IMG/VR virus record: IMGVR_UViG_3300035208_006521
Span: 1-64,000 of that record
DNA length: 64,000 nt
Source: a virus
Lineage: Duplodnaviria; Caudoviricetes
Direction: 5' to 3' (one strand)
Positions 37,727 to 47,880 of this stretch are shown in pieces (position 1 is the stretch's first letter; every line of letters begins with the position of its first letter). Below the pieces are notes generated by a model. The model was not told the DNA's origin, did no database searches, and saw nothing but the letters and a program-made list of their open reading frames with translations. The translations under genes and the position numbers were made by a program.

Positions 37727-38647
37727 CTATCTTTCATCCAGTGTAGGTATTGGGGCATACGACATTTCCTTGACAGTTGATATATGGTCCATATATGCTG
37801 CCTTTATTGCATTTGCCAACAACCTTGCTGTTACAAGACTAGTAGCATTCGCCGCTGTTATCTGCATATTGTCCACCAGGGTGTTGTGACTGGTAAGATT
37901 CAACATATGAGCATTCAGATCCCCTTTCATTTCTGTTAAAAAAGTATTAACAGAAGTCTGAACCGAACCTACTGCACTAACTGCCATTGCATTTGTAGCA
38001 TCAGCGCCTCCGTGAACAGAAGCAGTTACATTTACCCTGTGTGCTTCATATTTGGTTCTGATATCATCCAGGAGAGCTTGTATTTGTTCCCAAGTTGCTT
38101 CTGGAAGAAGATCATCCAAAGTTACCAGATTTGCCGTGTCAACTGCTCCGTGACAAGAAGTGATATTGTTAAGGTGCAGATTGAACATAGTCTTTATCTG
38201 GTTAGCAAGGGTTATAGCCGTTGCTTTATCCGAAACTGCAGGTTCTGTAACTGTATTCGGGTCGTCGGAACCTGCATGGACACTGCCTGTGATGAAAACA
38301 TGATGGGCATTGTACTTGGCTTTTAAATCATCAGCCAAGGCTTTTACCTTCTCATATACACTTGAAGCAGTTATCACATTAGTTGAATCCGCAGCCTTGT
38401 GATAAGTGGTGGATGCTATGTGGGTTTCATAAGCTGATTGTAGTTCCTTCTCCAAGTCAGCTATTACATCCAGGCTACCAGCATCTTTTGCGGATACAAC
38501 ATTCGTTGAATCGTTGACTTTGTGTGGATTCATGTCCTGAAATACCACTGAAGCCAAATTATTCACGAGATTTATCATTTTGTCCATCCTATCAATCATA
38601 TCACTCCAGGCTGGACAAGAATGATTTAATTTATCCCTTAATTTCAT
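37727..38647 (-). CDS. His-repeat protein, probable head decoration or fibre
   Basis: About 6 repeats of Y/F-x-x-H...H..AD..N; directly downstream of the MCP gene. Confidence 0.5.
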   Translation of the reverse strand: MKLRDKLNHSCPAWSDMIDRMDKMINLVNNLASVVFQDMNPHKVNDSTNVVSAKDAGSLDVIADLEKELQSAYETHIASTTYHKAADSTNVITASSVYEKVKALADDLKAKYNAHHVFITGSVHAGSDDPNTVTEPAVSDKATAITLANQIKTMFNLHLNNITSCHGAVDTANLVTLDDLLPEATWEQIQALLDDIRTKYEAHRVNVTASVHGGADATNAMAVSAVGSVQTSVNTFLTEMKGDLNAHMLNLTSHNTLVDNMQITAANATSLVTARLLANAIKAAYMDHISTVKEMSYAPIPTLDER

Positions 38648-38659
38648 TTATACTACCTC

Positions 38660-40042
38660 CTAAAACCAATCAAGGTTTGATGGGGATATATTGATGATCC
38701 TTACCTGTTGTTCTCTTTTCTTTAATCCCAATGCTCCAAAGAGTAACATCAAGAAGGGATAAACTGCCGCGTTTGTCGGATATAAATCGAATTTCATCAT
38801 CGGCAAGAATTGTTCCCATTCTATCGCATCATACATTGGATTCAGATTCAATGCATACACTGTTGAAGTACCCGGTAAGTATGCGTTAGTGTCGGAAACA
38901 ACCTGCGGAGAACCTGTTCTTTTCGTCTGGAAGCATTTTTTATGTCCAGTTGTTTCTCCTTTTTTGGCTCTGTAAATTACCCAACCTGTGCCTGCTGTTG
39001 AACCATCTGTGATGGTTATATCAACTTGTTCTCCCACACCTACTGCAATTTCTGAATTTGCTGAAGGTATAGATTCCCCGAATTTGTTAACAGCACATAC
39101 TATATAGCTGTATGTTCCTTCATCACCTGATCCAAACTCGGAAGATGTTCCGGATACTGCAAGGCTTATTGTTGGTGCAGAAGGCCTGGAAGCTACTATT
39201 ACAGAAGCTCTTGGTACTGCTTTTTCCTGGATGAAGATATCATCTACCAGTTTAGGCGTCCCGAATGGAGTTGGATATTCTGTGAATATTGCTCCTCCTA
39301 GAACTTCTCTTTTTGCTTCAAAACGGATTCTGTTTCTCAAAAGAGCCTGAACGTCCTTCATTACCATTAAGGAGCAATAAAGATCGGTTATTATACCGAA
39401 GTTTGCTCTGATGATTCTCGCTGCTTCCGTCATGGCTTCTTCGAATTCTGTTGTGTTGGCTGTTTTGCCTCTGAGGTCAATAACATTGACAGTGCCCTGT
39501 GAAGTCGGAGCTGCTGTAATGAGTTTATCTAATCCATCTGGCTGTTCTACTATTACATCAGAATCGCCATTGAATAGGATTTTTTCGACCTGTTTTATAA
39601 TCCAGAGTGTGCCGGCCTGTTTTTCGAGTGCAACCGCATCTTCGATCATATTTGCTATCGAAGCCTGCAAGGTAACTTTCCTCAGAGTCTGCAAATATTT
39701 CATCAAGACGAATGATCTTTCTATCGTCTGATCTTTTTCTACAGAATCACCACCTTCTGGAACCCATGCACCATCCTCGTCACCAACTTCTGTTCTCCTT
39801 ACCCACTGATGAGCAACTGATTTGACGGGCTGCTTTTTAAGTGCTTTAAAAAGCTTTGCTTCATCCTGGCTCCAGAGAACGTTGACGAGAGTTGTATCCA
39901 GGGATTCAGGCTGAAGTGCACGCCCTCCTGTGAAAGAAGCAGCATCAACACCTGTGCCTCCTTCTAAGGCTTTTAAAAGGGAATCCATCATTTCTGAATT
40001 ACCCTGGTGAAAACCTTCACTTAAGTCTTTTAAAAGGTCCAT
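38660..40042 (-). CDS. Major capsid protein (SPO1/Twort-like HK97 fold)
   Basis: LLKA-LEGGTG...GRALQPESLD N-terminus, ILFNGDS, EQPDGLDKLI; C-terminal insertion domain. Confidence 0.9.
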   Translation of the reverse strand: MDLLKDLSEGFHQGNSEMMDSLLKALEGGTGVDAASFTGGRALQPESLDTTLVNVLWSQDEAKLFKALKKQPVKSVAHQWVRRTEVGDEDGAWVPEGGDSVEKDQTIERSFVLMKYLQTLRKVTLQASIANMIEDAVALEKQAGTLWIIKQVEKILFNGDSDVIVEQPDGLDKLITAAPTSQGTVNVIDLRGKTANTTEFEEAMTEAARIIRANFGIITDLYCSLMVMKDVQALLRNRIRFEAKREVLGGAIFTEYPTPFGTPKLVDDIFIQEKAVPRASVIVASRPSAPTISLAVSGTSSEFGSGDEGTYSYIVCAVNKFGESIPSANSEIAVGVGEQVDITITDGSTAGTGWVIYRAKKGETTGHKKCFQTKRTGSPQVVSDTNAYLPGTSTVYALNLNPMYDAIEWEQFLPMMKFDLYPTNAAVYPFLMLLFGALGLKKREQQVRIINISPSNLDWF

Positions 40043-40061
40043 TTATTTCCTCCTTTCCTTT

Positions 40062-40772
40062 TTACATTAAAGTCATTACATCATTCGGCAGCGGAATACC
40101 TTTTTGTATTCTACTTTCGAATTTGATGGAATCTTGAATACTTATTTTCCCTTCATTTACCAATTTAGGTAATTTTGAAAGGGCTTCTGATTTGGTCAGA
40201 GATGCTCTCTCTTCTCCGCCTTCAATGGATTTTCTCATTATCTGAATTTTATCCCCTAAAAGGCTTTTCCTGGGTAGAACTGTACCCCCAATAGCTTCCA
40301 TTCTTGTGCTGATTGATTTTACCAGCTTAGCCTGGGCTACTTCCATACCTTCTTTTTTCCTTAAAGATTTTCTCAAATCTTTAATTTCTTCTGCCTGATA
40401 TACCATTGCTTTTGTCAAATCAGTTATCTGATCATCAAGCCTTCTTACCAGACTTTTTAAGAAAGGTGTCACTTCCAGAACATCAGAAGAATCCGGGTCG
40501 GAATTCAGACTGTCTTCGATGGATTTGGAAAGGGCTTCATATTCAGGCTCCCCTGATTTTTGATACTCTTCCTCTTCTTCATCATCTTCATCCTCGTCAA
40601 ATTCTTCATCATCTTCTTCGTTTTCATCTTCGTCGAAGTCTTTTTTGACAACTTTCTTTTTTTTCTTGTCAGCTTTAGAGAGGTCTTCTAAAGCCACATC
40701 CAGAGCCTTTTCCAGCTCTTCACTAGTGGCTTCTTCTAACTCTTCTCCAGCCAATTTCTTTAGTTTGTCCAT
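40062..40772 (-). CDS. Scaffolding protein
   Basis: Between protease and MCP genes; acidic tract, coiled coil, many [LFM]xK[SA] motifs. Confidence 0.75.
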   Translation of the reverse strand: MDKLKKLAGEELEEATSEELEKALDVALEDLSKADKKKKKVVKKDFDEDENEEDDEEFDEDEDDEEEEEYQKSGEPEYEALSKSIEDSLNSDPDSSDVLEVTPFLKSLVRRLDDQITDLTKAMVYQAEEIKDLRKSLRKKEGMEVAQAKLVKSISTRMEAIGGTVLPRKSLLGDKIQIMRKSIEGGEERASLTKSEALSKLPKLVNEGKISIQDSIKFESRIQKGIPLPNDVMTLM

Positions 40773-40792
40773 TTTCTCCTCCTATAGACAAA

Positions 40793-41563
40793 TTAGTTTT
40801 TAAAAAGAAACTTTTGAACCATTAAATTTTTTAGTGGTTTATACAAATGAGTTGCTCCTTGAAATTCAAGGTAATCCTGAAAATCATCTTCGCTTCTTAT
40901 ATCCCCGCTTTTAATTCTCATCAGAAGTTCATTTATTACGGGCTGGACTTCAACATTGTTTGCTCCCTGTAGGCTTTCAGGACTTAACGCTCTACCCCCT
41001 GTAAACATGGAAGAATCAACTCCGGAACCTAACATCAGAGCTTTAGTAAAAGCTCCAAAAGGGATAAGACTCACTTTACCCAAAGTTGATGCATTTGTCG
41101 GTTTATAAGTGACTGCTGTTTCATCCCATATAACCTGGGTTATCCCAGATAGGGCTTTATTCAATGATACCCTTTTCTTTACATAACCACCAATTGAAGC
41201 TCCTAGGCGAGATGATTGAGCTTTTAGTAATCTTACAACCGCATCTGCAAATTCTACTCCTTTGTAAAGTTTGCCTTTTACAAATGTCCTGTTTTCCTTG
41301 AAACCTACGTCCTGTGGTTCACCTATTATATACTTTGGTGACTTTTCCAATTTATGTAAATGGTCCCAAGAAATAACTCCACCCTTCAAATAATCTTCAG
41401 CCTGTTCCTGTAATGCTTTCATGAATACTATTTCCCTGGATTTATCTCTTTCCTCGTTTGAGGCTTCCAGAAATACAGTGTAAGCATCGTTGGGGTCTGA
41501 CTTAATGATGATTTGTCCCATTGGAGAATAAAAAGGGTCAAAGTTTTCTAGATTTTCTCTCAT
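40793..41563 (-). CDS. Prohead protease
   Basis: EASNEERDKSREIV, ISWDH, IIGEP, FVKGKLY, GASIGG, TAVTYKPTN. Confidence 0.85.
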   Translation of the reverse strand: MRENLENFDPFYSPMGQIIIKSDPNDAYTVFLEASNEERDKSREIVFMKALQEQAEDYLKGGVISWDHLHKLEKSPKYIIGEPQDVGFKENRTFVKGKLYKGVEFADAVVRLLKAQSSRLGASIGGYVKKRVSLNKALSGITQVIWDETAVTYKPTNASTLGKVSLIPFGAFTKALMLGSGVDSSMFTGGRALSPESLQGANNVEVQPVINELLMRIKSGDIRSEDDFQDYLEFQGATHLYKPLKNLMVQKFLFKN

Positions 41564-41584
41564 TTGTTTTACCTGTATGTACCT

Positions 41585-41613
41585 ATAATATATTCATAAG
41601 GATAAAAAGTAAA
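41585..41613 (-). promoter_or_regulatory. Putative promoter (G)TTTACT-N17-TATTAT for the head-tail operon
   Basis: Read on the minus strand just upstream of the protease ATG. Confidence 0.6.
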
Positions 41614-41641
41614 CAATTTTTTTCCTATAGTTCACGTAACT

Positions 41642-41845
41642 TTACGGCCTTAATACTTCTTTGACTTCCGAAGGCCTTAATGGAACACAACCAACGCTAA
41701 ATTTGAGCTTACCGGTTGAGTTGCTACACTCAACTCTAAATACCATTAGCAACATTATAATCAATATTACTATCCACTTAGAGTCCTTTAAGAAATTTAA
41801 TCCTTTGCTTATATCTACTCTTATACTGTGATTTTTATTTGACAT
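41642..41845 (-). CDS. Small membrane protein
   Basis: Hydrophobic WIVILIIMLLMVF. Confidence 0.5.
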   Translation of the reverse strand: MSNKNHSIRVDISKGLNFLKDSKWIVILIIMLLMVFRVECSNSTGKLKFSVGCVPLRPSEVKEVLRP

Positions 41846-41865
41846 TATTTTCTCCGACTTTTATA

Positions 41866-43428
41866 TTACCACTTATTCCCGTCCGGGTCGTTTCCCTTCA
41901 TCCATTTTAAACTTATCCCGTTGGCTATATCTTTCATAGTTCCAAAATCACTTGCGTCGCATTCACCTGCTTCGACATCGGTTTTATAGCCCTGGGCCAA
42001 TGCCTTCATTGTTCCTTCATCCGTCTTTTTGAAAAATACTGTGAATCCTTTTTTGTTTGTTACAAGCAAATTGTTTCCATCCACTTCTACATCTTTAAAG
42101 CCCGCTTTTTTGAATTTATCACTAATATCTGTAATGCTGGTTTTTTTATCTTTTTCAGCTTTATCTTTTTTGGCAGGCATTTTTTTCGACCTGAGTTGGC
42201 TATCAGGATATTGGGGGTTGGATATAAATTTGTCATCTTTCTTTTTGTCTTGTTGCATAAATTCACTTGCATCCATCAACATAGCATTTAACACCATATC
42301 TTTTTCTTCTTTTAAAAAGTTTTCTTCGCCGCCATAAACCATTTTCATATACTTCCCAAAACTTACATCATCCACATCCATTGAATCCGGGTCTGTAAAA
42401 ATTTCTAATAACTCTTTCCTTTTATCCTCTGTACTCATGTTGTCAGATTTTCCTTCTTCTCCCGCATCTGAATAGAATTCTTTATATTCTTTTTCTACCT
42501 TTTTATCCGACCATCCTCTTATTTTTGTCTCTTCTTCGGCCGCCGTCAATTCTTTTATGGCTTCTTTTTCATATTCTTTTAGATTTTTCGGTCTCCAGCC
42601 TGCTTTTAAGGCATTCTGGATGCTTGATCTTTCTTCTTTACTTGCTTTTCCTGCTCCCAAAAATGAAGCCAATTCAATTCCGGACATACCTGATCCTTTC
42701 TTACTTAAACCACTTCCATCAGCCCTGCCCTTACCAGGACCTGCACCTCTGCCATAAGGACCCGTTCCATCCCGTTTTTCTACGCCGAATTTTTTACTTT
42801 CTGTTTCTTTACTACCGGATGTTCTTCCTTTTTTCTCCTTGTATACATATTTATAATTGCCCTTGGTACCTTCCCTGCGGAGATATTTTGCTTTTAGCAT
42901 TTCTCCTTCTGACATATTTTTTGTTCTGATTTTTAAAGCTTTTTTTAAGCTACTCAATTTATTCTCCCAATTTATCCCTGTGCTTATACTAGTCAGTTCT
43001 ATCAATTTTAGAACTTTTGCGACACGTCCTCTCCACGCATCCTTTCCATAAGTTTCATCTAACCTATTTTTTAGATATCTCTTCCACTTATCCTCAAAAT
43101 GATTATCCACAAGATTTTTATAACCATGTCTTACATATGCTGGCAGACTTTTGAATTCTTCGGAAGCCATAACACCCTGGGCTACTTTTCTCATGGCCAT
43201 TACTTTGCTCCCAAAATCTTCTTCATATTGACGGTCACTATCACCATTCCCCTTATTTCTAGTCCCAACCCTGTTGGCGGTATTTTTTTGTTCTTTGATA
43301 TCCTCTTTTGATAAATGTTTTTCTCCCGATCCCTTATAAGTATACTTATAATGACCAGGTCCACCTTCTCTCTTGATATATTTAGCTTTTAATAATCTCT
43401 CCTCTAAAGCCTCTTTTAAGTTATTCAT
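41866..43428 (-). CDS. Tagged K/E-rich putative internal head protein (two LKAKY tags)
   Basis: RLLKAKYIKREGGPGHYKYTY and EMLKAKYLRREGTKGNYKYVY. Confidence 0.6.
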   Translation of the reverse strand: MNNLKEALEERLLKAKYIKREGGPGHYKYTYKGSGEKHLSKEDIKEQKNTANRVGTRNKGNGDSDRQYEEDFGSKVMAMRKVAQGVMASEEFKSLPAYVRHGYKNLVDNHFEDKWKRYLKNRLDETYGKDAWRGRVAKVLKLIELTSISTGINWENKLSSLKKALKIRTKNMSEGEMLKAKYLRREGTKGNYKYVYKEKKGRTSGSKETESKKFGVEKRDGTGPYGRGAGPGKGRADGSGLSKKGSGMSGIELASFLGAGKASKEERSSIQNALKAGWRPKNLKEYEKEAIKELTAAEEETKIRGWSDKKVEKEYKEFYSDAGEEGKSDNMSTEDKRKELLEIFTDPDSMDVDDVSFGKYMKMVYGGEENFLKEEKDMVLNAMLMDASEFMQQDKKKDDKFISNPQYPDSQLRSKKMPAKKDKAEKDKKTSITDISDKFKKAGFKDVEVDGNNLLVTNKKGFTVFFKKTDEGTMKALAQGYKTDVEAGECDASDFGTMKDIANGISLKWMKGNDPDGNKW

Positions 43429-43766
43429 TCTGTTTCTCCTAAATGGTTTAATTTGGCGGCTTCAACAGATTCGGAAGCCATATTGATAGTATTCTCTAAC
43501 AATGATCTATCATGTAACAACTTCATATAACTGAATTTTTTATCCTCATATTCTTCATCCATTTCTTTGCCTGAAGTATAAGGCTCTAATTCTCTTCCCT
43601 TTTTTTCTATCCTACCTTTTAATATTTTCAAATGCTTCTGGGCAGCTTCCATTATTGCTTCTTGTTCTTTTATTATCCCCCTTATATAAACTTTTCCTTT
43701 TGCATAAGCATTATTGAGTTTGTTTATATCTTTCTCTGTTATTCTTTTTGTTGATTGTAAGTTCAT
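43425..43766 (-). CDS. Hypothetical protein
   Basis: ORF track; coupled on both sides. Confidence 0.6.
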   Translation of the reverse strand: MNLQSTKRITEKDINKLNNAYAKGKVYIRGIIKEQEAIMEAAQKHLKILKGRIEKKGRELEPYTSGKEMDEEYEDKKFSYMKLLHDRSLLENTINMASESVEAAKLNHLGETE

Positions 43767-45523
43767 TTGTTTTCTTCCTTTGCAAATTTTTTATAAAATC
43801 TTATTTCACTACCCATTTTGGAATAATCATACCATTCTCCTGTATGATAATCCATTGCTTTTTTATCCCGCTTTATTTTAATTTTCGTATTTGCCAAGGG
43901 CCCGTGTTCAAATTCAATTATATCCCCCACTTTCGGATCAGAGTCGTGGAGTTTGAATATAGGTGTTTCTTTTCCGGGTTTTGCTTCCTCCGCATAAACC
44001 TGTACCCAGTCATCATTATAATCCCCAGTCTGTTGGGTATATATATTTGTCAGCTTGTCTAACCCTTTTTGTTTTATATAGCTTCTTACCCATGCTTCTG
44101 CTGATTTTTCAGACGTACTCTTGAATGTAAAAGCCATACTACCTTCTCCGGCGTCTATATAATCGGGTATATTGCTTCTTGGTACTCTATCACTATCGCC
44201 TCTTTTTTGATAGTCATCATTAGCATACTGGGAATAATCCGTCTTTTTAGATTCTTTCTTCGATTCTGTTTTAACTACTAGCTTAGGCTGTTCGATTGGT
44301 GCTGGGGTTAAATTATTTATATCCCTGTTTTCTGAATTGAATTCACCCAACTCTATAGAACCATAACCTCCACCGCCCATTACTTTAGAAGGTGGGGTTA
44401 ATTCCTTAACACTAAACCCACTTCCTCTTAAATCATTAACGATTGAATTAAATCTATCGGTTGATATACCGTGAAATCCTATCCTTTTGGGGTTATATTT
44501 ATCTATTTCATAACTATTGCCGGAAGAATGTGTCCAGCCTCTTATAGCGGTCCCCGTGACTTTAGTCACTTCCAGTCCATATTTATGAAATATATCCTTT
44601 GCGAGTTTCAGATTCAAATCTTCGTACTTCATTTTTCTCTCGAATTTTTCAAGCTCTCTCCTGGCATTTTCAAAAACTTTTAATCCTTGTTTTTTTCTTC
44701 TTGCTGGAATTTCCATATAAAATTTCCGGGCACTTTCTATTCTATCATTAAGCATTTTCCTTTGTCTTTCCCTTTCATCTTCGCCTGTCTTTTTTATCAC
44801 TAGTTTTTTTTCTTTTGGTTTTTGTATGTCGCCTGCAGCCGGTACTCCAATCTGGGGTGTTGCTTGATAATTACTTATATATTCCCTTGCCTTTACATAC
44901 TGGGTTCCTTCAGGTCCTAGCATTATCTCTTTTGCTTTTTCTACTCCCATTTCTTTCACATATTCATGGAAATTTTCTTTCGCTTTTTTGACTGCTTCTA
45001 TTTCCCTCTGACTGAGTGACTTTTTTTCAGCTAATTCATCGATTTTACTTTGGTAATATTCAACTCTTTCCCATGCATGTTTTTTATTATCTTCTGTTTC
45101 CCCGGTATCATTTGCTATGTTCCTGAAATGTTCTTTCTTTTCTTCCCATGGTTTTATCTGTTCATCGAAAGAAAGTTCTTTTGACGCTAAATTTGCTTCA
45201 GTCCATCCTGCAAGCCATTCTTTCATCATCCCTGCGGAGCTACTTCCTACTTTTTTACCTTTTATCTGTTCCATCAAATCATAATCTCTGGCAGGAATTG
45301 CCATTTTTCCTTCCTTAAATGCTTTTCTACCCATTTCCCTGGCTTGCTGGGTTGATATATTCTTTGTTGTACCCTGTTCCTTCTTGTCACTACCGGTTTT
45401 CGCTTTTTGTCCTGCTTTACCGACATATTTCCATCCAGTGGCAGTTTTCTGATATTTTCTACCACTATATTCTTTTATTGTTCCGTTGGGTACTGCTTTT
45501 GCTTTTAATAATATGAGTCTCAT
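43763..45523 (-). CDS. Tagged multidomain putative internal head protein
   Basis: N-terminal MRLILLKAKAVPNGTIKEYSGRKYQKTATGW. Confidence 0.6.
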   Translation of the reverse strand: MRLILLKAKAVPNGTIKEYSGRKYQKTATGWKYVGKAGQKAKTGSDKKEQGTTKNISTQQAREMGRKAFKEGKMAIPARDYDLMEQIKGKKVGSSSAGMMKEWLAGWTEANLASKELSFDEQIKPWEEKKEHFRNIANDTGETEDNKKHAWERVEYYQSKIDELAEKKSLSQREIEAVKKAKENFHEYVKEMGVEKAKEIMLGPEGTQYVKAREYISNYQATPQIGVPAAGDIQKPKEKKLVIKKTGEDERERQRKMLNDRIESARKFYMEIPARRKKQGLKVFENARRELEKFERKMKYEDLNLKLAKDIFHKYGLEVTKVTGTAIRGWTHSSGNSYEIDKYNPKRIGFHGISTDRFNSIVNDLRGSGFSVKELTPPSKVMGGGGYGSIELGEFNSENRDINNLTPAPIEQPKLVVKTESKKESKKTDYSQYANDDYQKRGDSDRVPRSNIPDYIDAGEGSMAFTFKSTSEKSAEAWVRSYIKQKGLDKLTNIYTQQTGDYNDDWVQVYAEEAKPGKETPIFKLHDSDPKVGDIIEFEHGPLANTKIKIKRDKKAMDYHTGEWYDYSKMGSEIRFYKKFAKEENK

Positions 45524-45584
45524 GTTTTCCTCACATAAATTTTCTTATCCTGCTACTACATCCAATTCTTCTCAAAAAATTCTT

Positions 45585-45887
45585 TCAAATTTTTTGCTTC
45601 ACCTTTTCCGGGTTTTTACTCTTTGTTGCAGCCTTCTTTTTTCTATCTGACAATATCTTATTTGCTTTATATTCATTCTGGAACATCTTCGCTTCCTGTT
45701 TTACTTTTGCTGAGGGTTTATAGGTCTTTGTTTTGCTTTTTGCTTTGCTTTTTCTTCCGCTAGGAACAAACACCCAACCATTCTTTGTTTTTTTGTACTT
45801 CTTACCGCTGTAAGTTTTCACCGTACCAATGGCAAGTTTTTCGGCTTTCATAAGCCTGTCAAGTAAAGCTTCTTTCAAATTGTTCAT
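45585..45887 (-). CDS. Tag-only basic protein
   Basis: MNNLKEALLDRLMKAEKLAIGTVKTYSGKKYKKTKNGW plus a Lys-rich tail. Confidence 0.6.
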   Translation of the reverse strand: MNNLKEALLDRLMKAEKLAIGTVKTYSGKKYKKTKNGWVFVPSGRKSKAKSKTKTYKPSAKVKQEAKMFQNEYKANKILSDRKKKAATKSKNPEKVKQKI

Positions 45888-46156
45888 TTTATTTCTCCTT
45901 TTTTTATTACAAGTTTTGTTTCTTTTAATAATCTCCTAGGATTATCTTTTACTACTTCTATCAACTTATTACTTCCGTTATCAAACTTACACTCTACCAC
46001 TGCTTCTATATCGCCCCCTGAAGCAAATCCTGCAAAGTATTTACAATCTCTGCAATTGTTATCATAGAATTCTACACCCCATTCAACCAGCTCATTATTC
46101 TTTCTACAATATATCCTACCCATAGAATCCGGTATCATTTGAAATGTTGTTTTCAT
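45884..46156 (-). CDS. Hypothetical Cys-containing protein
   Basis: ORF track; CRDCKY; C-terminal KLVIKK. Confidence 0.55.
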   Translation of the reverse strand: MKTTFQMIPDSMGRIYCRKNNELVEWGVEFYDNNCRDCKYFAGFASGGDIEAVVECKFDNGSNKLIEVVKDNPRRLLKETKLVIKKGEIK

Positions 46157-46202
46157 TTTCTTTCCCCTATATTATATCCCTTTTGTTAAATTGTAAACCT
46201 TT

Positions 46203-47879
46203 TTATTTATTCAACCATTCATTATCTATTTCTTGAACTTTATCCCTGGTTCTTTCTATATCTATCCACAACATCGGCAATACTGCTTTTGGATTTTTGA
46301 CACAAAATTCATCATTAAGTAATCTGCCTTGTCCTTTTTTTGCATATACTGTATCGTGCCCATTTGGAAGGTTATGATCGGAATATTTAACATTGCCCAT
46401 GGCTGCTTTGCATACAAACATTACTCCCCTGTCATCACTTCTGCCATAATCCCCTGCATATTGGATCGACTTAGAGCTTACATCCGTCAAATATATACCA
46501 TCTCCCAACATTCTACCTGTTCTGGCTTTTCTTAATTCAAAACCCCCTTTTGCTATCTTTGATGCATTCTCGAAAGTTGTAGCATGGTATCCTATCTTCA
46601 CATTACCTTTTTCTTTTTCTATTGACTTCCATTTTTCATAATAACCGGCTTCTTCTATCTTGTATATACCTTTTATTCTAAAACCAAATCCTCCATGCTG
46701 TGTCTTGTCAAAACTATTTTTTAGATATTCGAGTACTCTCTGACATCTACCTCTATCAAGGCTTCTCAATGCTATTTTCTGGGAGTATTCTCTACCTTCC
46801 CTTGAAAGTTTCTTTCTTATTGCTTTCTGTGAAGCTTCAGACATACCCCCAATTCTTTTATCCATTATCATTTTTTCCATAACCGAATTTGTATATGAAG
46901 GTGATCTATTAGCCATAGTCATAATATCATAAACTTCTTTTGAGGTTAGTAATGGAGTTTGTTGTTTTTTTTCTTTGTTTGCTTTACTATAAAGTGTTGA
47001 ATTTAATTTAAAAGTACTATACAGAGCGGCCAATTTGTTGGCCGCATCCTTATCCATATTTTTGCCTTTTTCTCTATTCTTCCTCCATTTCTTCGTAAAA
47101 TTTCTAAATTCCCTTTCCGAGTTTAACGCCTCATTTCCCATTTCATTGGCCTTTCTTTGCCATTCTGCTTCTTCTGGAGTTGGGTTTTCTCTTATTAGTT
47201 TATGTTCATCTTTCGCTTTTTCCCTTTTTTCTGTCCATTCTTTATAAAGAATGTCATCACCTTTCATTCTTGCTTCATTCTGTTCTGCGGCCAATGTTTC
47301 TATTCTCTCATAAAATTCATCACCCCTTCGACTTGCATTTTTTTCATATTCACTTTTCTTTTCATAGACTTCTTTTAAATTTTCTGCACGCCCTGTAAAA
47401 CCTCTTTTAAAATCTTCATCTAAACCATCAAAAATATCAATTCTATCTTTATAATTTTTCAACCAACTATCAACAGCTCCCCATATAACCATAAAACTAC
47501 TCATTTTTTTGAGATTGAATCTCTCAAAATCCAAAGAACATTCCCTAACCGCTCTTTTTATATATTTGGGGGCTTCCTGAGAAGGTTCAAATATATGCAA
47601 TTGATCTGATACATATTCCTCGGCTTTTCTATCGAGACATTTTATACCCGTGGTTTCCATTATTTCTTTTGCTTTGGGCGAGAGTTCTTTTGTTGTCTTA
47701 TCCATTGCTGGCTTAGTTGCAACGTTTGTTTGTATTGCTGTTATATCTTTGGTCACTTGCTTATCACCTTTGCCATGAAACTTCCAGCCATTGGCTGTCT
47801 TGATATAATCTCTGCCACTATATGTCTTTATTGTTCCAATTGGCACTGCTTTTGCTTTTAATAATATGGCCAATTTCAT
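46203..47879 (-). CDS. Tagged protein with a C-terminal PARP-like ADP-ribosyltransferase (H-Y-E) domain
   Basis: GYHATT, GRMLGDGIYLTD..SKSIQY, GVMFVCKAAMG, NDEFCV; N-terminal MKLAILLKAKAVPIGT tag. Confidence 0.85.
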   Translation of the reverse strand: MKLAILLKAKAVPIGTIKTYSGRDYIKTANGWKFHGKGDKQVTKDITAIQTNVATKPAMDKTTKELSPKAKEIMETTGIKCLDRKAEEYVSDQLHIFEPSQEAPKYIKRAVRECSLDFERFNLKKMSSFMVIWGAVDSWLKNYKDRIDIFDGLDEDFKRGFTGRAENLKEVYEKKSEYEKNASRRGDEFYERIETLAAEQNEARMKGDDILYKEWTEKREKAKDEHKLIRENPTPEEAEWQRKANEMGNEALNSEREFRNFTKKWRKNREKGKNMDKDAANKLAALYSTFKLNSTLYSKANKEKKQQTPLLTSKEVYDIMTMANRSPSYTNSVMEKMIMDKRIGGMSEASQKAIRKKLSREGREYSQKIALRSLDRGRCQRVLEYLKNSFDKTQHGGFGFRIKGIYKIEEAGYYEKWKSIEKEKGNVKIGYHATTFENASKIAKGGFELRKARTGRMLGDGIYLTDVSSKSIQYAGDYGRSDDRGVMFVCKAAMGNVKYSDHNLPNGHDTVYAKKGQGRLLNDEFCVKNPKAVLPMLWIDIERTRDKVQEIDNEWLNK

Positions 47880-47880
47880 T

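Noticed and set aside
47440-47520. Possible WGR domain in the PARP-like protein (FMVIWGAVD)
   Set aside because: Only WG matches; the Arg and surrounding pattern are missing.
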